Shown: piece after piece, positions 49,190-64,000 of the stretch | Numbering within the stretch: the first letter of the stretch is position 1 | How the letters are laid out: the number at the start of each line of letters is the position of its first letter | Assembly (NCBI RefSeq): GCF_036321535.1 | Contig: NC_087466.1 | Span: 2,294,001-2,358,000 of the forward strand | Length of the DNA stretch: 64,000 nucleotides | Direction of reading: 5' to 3' | Origin: Camelus dromedarius | Lineage: Eukaryota | Translations under genes and position numbers: made by a program | The notes under the pieces: model-generated | Told to the model about the DNA's origin: nothing | The model's input: only the letters and a program-made list of their open reading frames with translations | The model's database searches: none

Positions 49190-50410
49190 CCCAAAGTCAA
49201 CTAAAAAGAATGCAAACTGATACAACTATTTATGGAAGGCAATTTGTCATTCTGCACTCAGAGCCCTAAAACAGACTGTCCTTTGATGCAAAGTTCTGAT
49301 TAATCTTCTCTACAGCAGAGATGCAAAAATAAATTGATGTCCAAAGATGCACAAGAAAATGCTGCTTACAATATTAAAACTGGAAATAACCAAATGCCCC
49401 AAAACAGAGGATTAATTAAGATTTGAAACTCTGCCAACATTAAAGATCAAGTGTTCAAAGGACATTCAACAATTAGCAAAAATGCACACAATTTATGGCG
49501 TGAAAGGAGAAAACCAGGATAAANNNNNNNNNNNNNNNNNNNNNNNNNNNNNNNNNNNNNNNNNNNNNNNNNNNNNNNNNNNNNNNNNNNNNNNNNNNNN
49601 NNNNNNNNNNNNNNNNNNNNNNNNNNNNNNNNNNNNNNNNNNNNNNNNNNNNNNNNNNNNNNNNNNNNNNNNNNNNNNNNCAAATACCTACCAAGTGATG
49701 AATGGATAAATAGAATGAGGTATATCCAAACCATGGAATAGTATTTGACAATAAAAAGGAATGAATTGGGTGATGGAAATGTTTTAAAATCAATAATGGT
49801 AATGCTTGCACAACTCTGCAAATATACTAAGAGTAATTGAATTGTATACTTTAAACAGGTGAGTTGTATGGTAAAATTGTTTAACAGAAATAGGGATGAA
49901 GTTCTGACACGTGCTACCACAGGAATGAACCTTGGAAACACTGTGAGCAGTGAATGAAGCCAGTCATAAGGACCACATATTGTATGATTCCTTTCACGAG
50001 ATGTTCAGAATTGGCAAATACAGAGACAAAATGTCCGTGAGAGATTGCCTCCAGCTGGGAGATGGGAGGGGCTGGAGATTGACAGCTAAAGGCTGTGGGT
50101 TTCTTTGGTGGATAAAAATGTTCTAAAATGGACTGTTGTGGTGGTTGAACAACTCTGTGAATATAGGAAAAAAAATCACTGGATTGTACACCACTTTAAA
50201 TGGGTGATGTATACGTGAATTATATCTCAAGAAAACTTATCAAAAAATCATATTATTTGGCTCAAAATGTGTTTAAAAATGTATCAATGTATACACTAGG
50301 AGAAAAATGAAAAAGATCACCCTCCCCACACACATATTAACAATGACCATCTCTAGGAGGTGGGCTTACGGATTTTTACTTTCATTCCTTTATATTTTTC
50401 TGCATTTTTC
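49190..50410 (+). mobile_element. Old LINE-1 3' fragments (nested)
   Basis: gatgaatggataaa..atggaatagtatt..caataaaaaggaatgaa; acaggaatgaaccttggaaac..agtgaatgaagccagtca..gaccacatattgtatgattcc. Confidence 0.7.
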
Positions 50411-50479
50411 ACACTTCCTACTCTAAGTATGTGTCGCTTTTATACTCGGAAAGATATACAGTATTTAAGAACACGGTGG

Positions 50480-51283
50480 AATAGGTGGCATGGCGTGGTC
50501 GCAGCCCTGGCCAGGACGGGGCGCTGCACACTGAATCGCGCTCCTCCGACGAGGCCCAGCCACAGTGACCGCACGGAAAGCCAGGACGTAATCAGGGTCG
50601 CAGAGGCCCTGAAGGTGGGGCCCCGGCCCCGCAGGATTAGCGCCCTCGGAAGCGCGGGCTCGGTCAGCCGAGTGAACCCGGAAGGGGCCGACCCTCCGAG
50701 GGGACGGTAACCTCCAGAGACCAGGGTCCCAGCCTCGAAGAGCCCTTCCCGCCGCTGCACCCCCTCCCCGCGCCCCTAGAAGCCAAGGAAAGCCAGCCCG
50801 GCCATCCTCACGGGATGGTCCGCCCTCCACAGTGGGCACTGCGCGGCCCAGCCCTGGGATGGGGCCGGGGCTCCGCCCTACCCAGCTCCCTGTAGCGGGC
50901 GGTGTAAACCAGGCGGCCGAGCCCGCGAAGACCCGATAGGGAGCGGGGTCCCGGGCCAGCAGCACTAGGTGGTGAGCGCCCTGCGGCCGCGCTGACCTGA
51001 GGGCAGGGGTTGCGCGGGAGCTCCCGGCTGCACTCCACTCTGCGCGACCCACGACCTCGCAGCCTTCCCGCCAAGCCCACATCCAATCAGAACGCACCAC
51101 TCTCCGCGGGTCGCGTGTCGGCCAATCGGGAGTGGGGTTCTGGGCCTCGGCCCACCCCACGGCATCCGGGACCAATGGTCGCCGGCGGCGAGTGGACGGA
51201 GCGCGCGGCGAGCCGGCGGCGGCGGCGGCAGTTAAGCATTAGCAGCGGTTGAGGTTGGAGCGGCGGCGGCGACTGAACTCACC
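50480..51283 (+). promoter_or_regulatory. CpG-island promoter and 5'UTR of TUBA3 copy B
   Basis: TTCCCGCCAA at 51065-51074; CCAAT at 51083, 51122 and 51172; (GGC)n run ~51214-51229; CAGTTA at 51229-51234. The island extends into intron 1 to ~51720. Confidence 0.7.
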
Positions 51284-56758
<5,475 letters not shown>

Positions 56759-56759
56759 T

Positions 56760-57536
56760 TTGGCACCGTCTGGTCCTGTGCTGCACTTCGCCCTCACTCC
56801 CATCCCGATACCAGCCTTCTCCGATCGGGTTTCTAGGGAAAACACACTTTTCCGCCGACAGAGAAAACGAAGCTCGTCGGTGTTGAGCTGCGGCCTCGCT
56901 CCCGGAGTACGGCTCGGCCGGGAACCAGAGAAGCTGTCATGTCTGACGTCCTCAGCGCTCCTCGGATTCGCGAAGCGGTCTGGACCGGGTCGGCACCGCG
57001 TCCACGCTGTCTGGGGAAGGGAGCGCAAAGGAGGTTGGGCGGCCCCGACCCGCTCTGGAGCCGCTGCCCCAAAGTCGGCCTCCCGGCACTTCCCCACCCG
57101 CCCCAGCCGGCGCACCTACCCTTGCTGAAGTTACGCTTGCGGGCTTCGCTGGGCCTCCGCCTCACAGAGCCAGGGTCGTTTCCGACGCAGGCGCTTACGT
57201 CCCGGGCGGCCAGCGAGCGTCCAGCCGCCGCGCGGCGCTGACTCGTTCCTTCCGGGGCGCGGCCCGCCCCTCCGGCGAGGTCAGCTCGCTTCCGTGTCTC
57301 TATGGTCCCGACTTCCGCCGCGAGTCAAACCTCGCGAGATTTCGGCCGTGCAGCAATGGCGAGACCGTGAGTGTCGCTTATAGAGTCGGGAGAACGTGCT
57401 GGGACGGGGCTCGGGCGAGATTGGGCCGGAGGAGATCCGCTAGGCCGGGGCCGCCTGGAGCGGGGTGTTGGCGGGGGGGCGAGCGCCCTTTGGGCCCGGA
57501 CAGCCGCCCGCGACCGATCTCCCGCCTCTTCCCTAG
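56760..57536 (+). promoter_or_regulatory. THAP7 CpG-island promoter/5'UTR
   Basis: ETS ACTTCCG at 57311; CGCG-element CCTCGCGAGA at 57330-57339; YY1-like ATGGCG ~57356; NRF1-type TGCGCATGCG at 57654-57663 in intron 1. Confidence 0.65.
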
Positions 57537-59495
57537 ATGCCGCGTCACTGCTCCGCCGCCGGCTGCTGCACACGGGACACGCGCGAGACGCGCAACCGCG
57601 GCATCTCTTTCCACAGGTCAGCGCGCTTGCGCGCCGGCGCTCGCAGGGTCACGTGCGCATGCGTCTGTCCGGCCCGCCGCGAGGAGCCACGACTGCGCAC
57701 GCGCCTAGGCGCCAAGCGAGACAGTGGGAGGGTCGCGGTGCTTGAGGGGTGCTTGCTGGGGGCGGTCAGCTGGCCCCGGGCCCGCTGCCCCGACTCCTAC
57801 CTGCCCGATGTCGCCGAGCAAGTCCCTTTCGCTCTTGAGGCCTCAGTTTCCGCATCTATGCGCGTGCAGGGTACTCGCGTCGTCTAGGGGAGGCATGAGC
57901 ATTGCCGGCCCTTCCGGTCCAGGACCTTGGGCGGCGCGAGCCCGGGGCCTCAGGTACGCCGAAGCTGACGGGCTTCTGGCCCCGCAGACTTCCGAAGAAG
58001 GACAACCCGAGGCGAGGCTTGTGGTTGGCCAACTGCCAGAGGCTGGACCCCAGCGGCCAGGGCTTGTGGGACCCGGCATCCGAGTACATCTATTTCTGCT
58101 CCAAACACTTCGAGGAGAACTGCTTTGAGCTGGTGGGAATCAGGTGAGCCTCATGGCAGCCGGCTGTGAGGAGAGGGGGCGGGCATCGGGGCAGTTGCCC
58201 GCTATAGAGAGGTTCCTGGAGCAGCAGCCCTGGTTCTCCCCAGCTCGGAGCTTCAGTGTCCACTCACGACAGAGGAGGGGAGTGGGCTCCACCCCTCAGG
58301 ATCACTGTGCTAGTGGGTGCTCCCCAGAACCCTGCAGGTGCACAAATGAAATCATGTGTCTTGGCTCTGGTGGAGCCTTTGCATACACTCACTCTGAAGA
58401 GTCCTGCAGGGAAGAGATTGGTGGATCTCTTAACTTGGTATTCCCCAGACTCACGGTTTGCCCTGTGCCTCCCCAGCTCCCACTGAGCTAGTTGGGGATG
58501 GGTTCAGGACCCTGTTGGCTCCAAACCCCTGCAGGTGGACCTGGGGCAGCAGCACTTTTTCCCACCTCATACAGACTGCTTTCCCCCACAGTGGGTATCA
58601 CAGGCTGAAGGAGGGAGCAGTTCCCACCATATTCGAGTCTTTTTCCAAGTTGCGTCGAACGACCAAGACCAAGGGGCACAGTTACTCCTCTGGTCCCCCG
58701 GATGTTAGCCGGCTCCGGCGATGCAGGAAACGGTATGTGCTGTGCCTGGGGGCTGCCCCACCCCACCTCAGGTCTGAGGGATGGGCTTTAAGGGGTCTGC
58801 CAGCAGCCTTGCTGGACAGGGTTCTGAGCATGTAGAATGGCTTCAGGGGTGGGGGTCAGCTGGGCTGGTGGAGTGGGGTCATGTACTCCCTAAACTGGCC
58901 TGGCTTGTCAGTCTGTCTGTCTTCCCTCAGCTGCTCGGAGGGCCGAGGGCCCACAACTCCATTTTCTCCGCCTCCCCCTGCTGACGTCACCTGCTTCCCG
59001 GTGGAAGAGGCCTCGGCCCCTGCGGCTTTGCCTGCCTCCCCCTCTGGGAGGCTGGAGCCTGGCCTCAGCAGCCCCTTCTCAGACCTACTAGGACCCCTGG
59101 GTGCCCAGGCAGACGAAGCAGGCTGCAGCACCCAGCCCTCACCCGAGCGGGAGCCAGAGCGGCAGCCATCCCCTCTAGAGCCACGACCCGTCTCCCCCTC
59201 GGCCTACATGCTGCGCCTCCCACCGCCCGCTGGAGCCTACATCCAAAGTGAGCACAGCTACCAGGTGGGCAGCGCCTTGCTCTGGAAGCGGCGGGCTGAG
59301 GCCGCACTGGATGCCCTGGACAAGGCCCAGCGCCAGCTGCAGGCCTGCAAGCGGCGGGAGCAGCGGCTGAGGCTGCGGCTGACCAAGCTGCAGCAGGAGC
59401 GGGCACGGGAGAAGCGGGCGCAGGCGGATGCCCGCCAGACTCTGAAGGACCATGTGCAGGACTTCGCCATGCAGCTGAGCAGCAGCATGGTTTGA
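57537..59495 (+). CDS. THAP7: THAP domain-containing protein 7, 313 aa
   Basis: Exons 57537-57616, 57988-58143, 58592-58732 and 58931-59495 total 942 nt. THAP C2CH motif (MPRHCSAAGC...FCSKHF...AVPTIF), EHSY HCF-binding motif and a C-terminal coiled coil. Confidence 0.96.
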
Positions 59496-59595
59496 GCGAG
59501 GGGCTGCCCGCCAGGGCTCTGGCCTCCTTCTGCATCAGAATCCACCTGGAGAGGGACCTGATCTGAGCTTGTCCACTGGACCTGCCAGATGCCAT

Positions 59596-59601
59596 AATAA
59601 A
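59596..59601 (+). terminator. AATAAA poly(A) signal of THAP7
   Basis: Canonical hexamer 100 nt after the stop. Confidence 0.8.
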
Positions 59602-60366
59602 GTGGATTCTAGAAAGAGACCCTGCTTTCTGGCTCTATTGGGGACTAGAACCCTTCTCACTGGTTCTAGGCCCTTTCCCCTAGAGGAATCAGACCTTGGA
59701 GTCCAGGTTTGGCTGTGAAGAGCAGGAAGCCCAGCTCTTGGCCACAACTCCCCAGGCATCTCTGTGCCACAGAGGGTTCTCTGAGAGACATGTGCTGTGC
59801 ATGGAGATCGAGGGCAAGGCCGGACACCCTTTCCTGGGTTCCGAAACAGCCTGGCCTCAGCCTGCTGGCCTCTTTGAAAACACTTAGAAAACCCAGGCTA
59901 GACTCAGGTCCTTTTCAGGGACATAACAGGCTTCTGTCCCCAGACCCAGTATGCCCAGCAGTCAGACCTGGCAGTCAGAGCCCCAGCTGCTGGGCAGCCC
60001 CCTACTCACAACCAGGCCTGTCTCATCCGAAAAACGGCTGAGAACGTTGATCACTGACCTGTGGCTGCTGTGCTGGGCAGGTAGTGCGGGTTCCACAGTG
60101 ACCTTCCTGGTCCCTGGAGGTCTGGGGTGAACGTGTGGGGAGCAGAGGAATAGGCACAGGGGCAGCAGTCCTGGCCTCAACCTGTGTCCTCACTTTCCTT
60201 CACTTCAGCTGGAACGTGGACAGCCTCCCTGCACCTGTGATCTGTAGCTTAGCCACACCTGTTCCCTGCTACAGGGCCTCGGCCCCAAGAGCACAGCTGA
60301 TTTCTTTCCAGTTCTGGAAGTGTTTCCACTGTGTCATGAAATTTGCTTGGCCCTTGGAGTGCAACT

Positions 60367-60372
60367 TTTATT
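60367..60372 (-). terminator. Probable AATAAA poly(A) signal of LZTR1
   Basis: tttatt on the + strand, ~1.25 kb past the LZTR1 stop. Confidence 0.55.
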
Positions 60373-61617
60373 CACATTGTGCCTGGGAGAGTCAAATGGC
60401 ACTCAATAGGAGGCAGATGCGGATAGCAGAGGGTCCAGGTGGTTCCCAAGCCTGCAAGCCAGTGGAGGCACATCTTGCCCCACCCTTTCCTCGCTTTCTG
60501 GCGGCCTGCAGGCAGGCTTCCCTTGCCCAAGGGTCTACCTGCTCATGGTCCCCAGGGCTCTTAGCAAGGCCTGAGGAGTGGCAGGTGCCACAGTTGTGCA
60601 GGCTCAACTGGAGGCCGAGAAGAGAGTTCATGTTTTCCCAAAGTGGCATTGTGTAAGCCAGGCCCGAACGGTTCAGGGAAGGAGTCGGCTTGTCCTCAAG
60701 AGTCCTAGCCCAGACAGGAGCCTACAGTGGAGTGTGCAAGCAGGGTTCACCACAGGGGCCAGGAGAGCCCCCTGGGAGTGGAACAGCACCATGCCAGCCT
60801 GTATTGTTCCCACCAGCCCTTCCCCTGCATGACTGGGCCACCCTGGGTGGGGGCAGGGGCGAGGGGCTACAGGCACAGAGAACCAGGCAAGACTGCTGAT
60901 CCCAGCACCCAGGCTCCCAGCCAGGCCTAGGCTCTGGGAGGACAGAGGGCCACAACCCACCAGTGGGGACTGCATGGTGAGCTCTGTGTAGGTAGCATTG
61001 CTGTGGCTTTAATAGAGGCAAGCCTGTGACAATAAATACTTAGGGACAGGCGGGGACTGGGGGTGCATCTCTTCTGTCTTCCTGGTGCAGCCTGGGGCCC
61101 TGATGCACACACAGGCAGATGGGATCCTGCAGGGCCTGCAGATACCCAGCCCAGTCCTGAGTGACACTTCGTGGGTGGGGAGCTGACCTCAGGGCCCTTC
61201 ACCCCAAAATTCATCTTCAGTCAGACTCCATCTGCCCATCAGTGTTGCCCATGCACAAGTTCCAGGTGGCAGGAGGTCCCCTTGGGTCCCTACCAGGTGG
61301 GGGACACAAAGCCAGCTCCCTGTTGGGCTCATCTCTCCCCCACCAGGCCCTGGCCAGGATCCGTCCTGCTGGGTCCTCTTTGCTGAGCCCTGGCTCCCCA
61401 CCCCCACCCCAGAGAGGGTGCCATTCTGGGGGCCTCCTTCCCTCTCTGCTTCCTGTGGGACCAGTGTCTTCAGCAGTAAGGTGGGACATTTGCAGCTCCC
61501 TGTCTCATGTACCCCTCAGCTCTCTGTGGGGGCCCTGGGCACCCACAGGCCTGAGTGTCGCCAGAAGTCTCCGCAGTGGCGTGGGTGGGGTGGGTGAGGC
61601 CAGTACCATGTGGGCCC

Positions 61618-64000
<2,383 letters not shown>

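Overview
Mammalian, GC-rich, intron-containing genomic DNA, most likely from a camelid: four tRNA-Ala-derived SINEs of the vic-1 type are present. Gene order: MZT2 last exon (+) > < TUBA3-like copy A (-, 4939-15554), SLC7A4 (+) > < P2RX6 (-), head-to-head with LRRC74B (+), then TUBA3-like copy B (+, 51284-56683), THAP7 (+) > < LZTR1 3' exons (-). This joins blocks that in human lie at 22q11.21 (LZTR1, THAP7, P2RX6, SLC7A4, LRRC74B) and 2q21 (MZT2-TUBA3). Main observations: (1) Two intact alpha-tubulin-3 genes form a ~3.6-kb inverted repeat around a ~44.6-kb spacer. They are near-identical from early intron 2 to 7 nt past the poly(A) signal, while exon 1, the promoters and intron 1 are strongly diverged. 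Nearly all residual substitutions are CpG transitions and exon-4 GC3 is ~97%, which fits an old duplication homogenised by recurrent GC-biased gene conversion. (2) LZTR1 has a U12 (minor-spliceosome)-type intron with a non-canonical GC 5' end. (3) A decayed, near-full-length YBX1 retrocopy is nested in an old L1 inside intron 1 of copy A only. (4) P2RX6 has an out-of-frame upstream ATG and an early stop relative to the human-like tail. All alignments and counts were done by eye; comparisons with human/mouse rely on recalled sequences and need database confirmation. Six N-runs are present, and two of them hide the start of tubulin exon 5.
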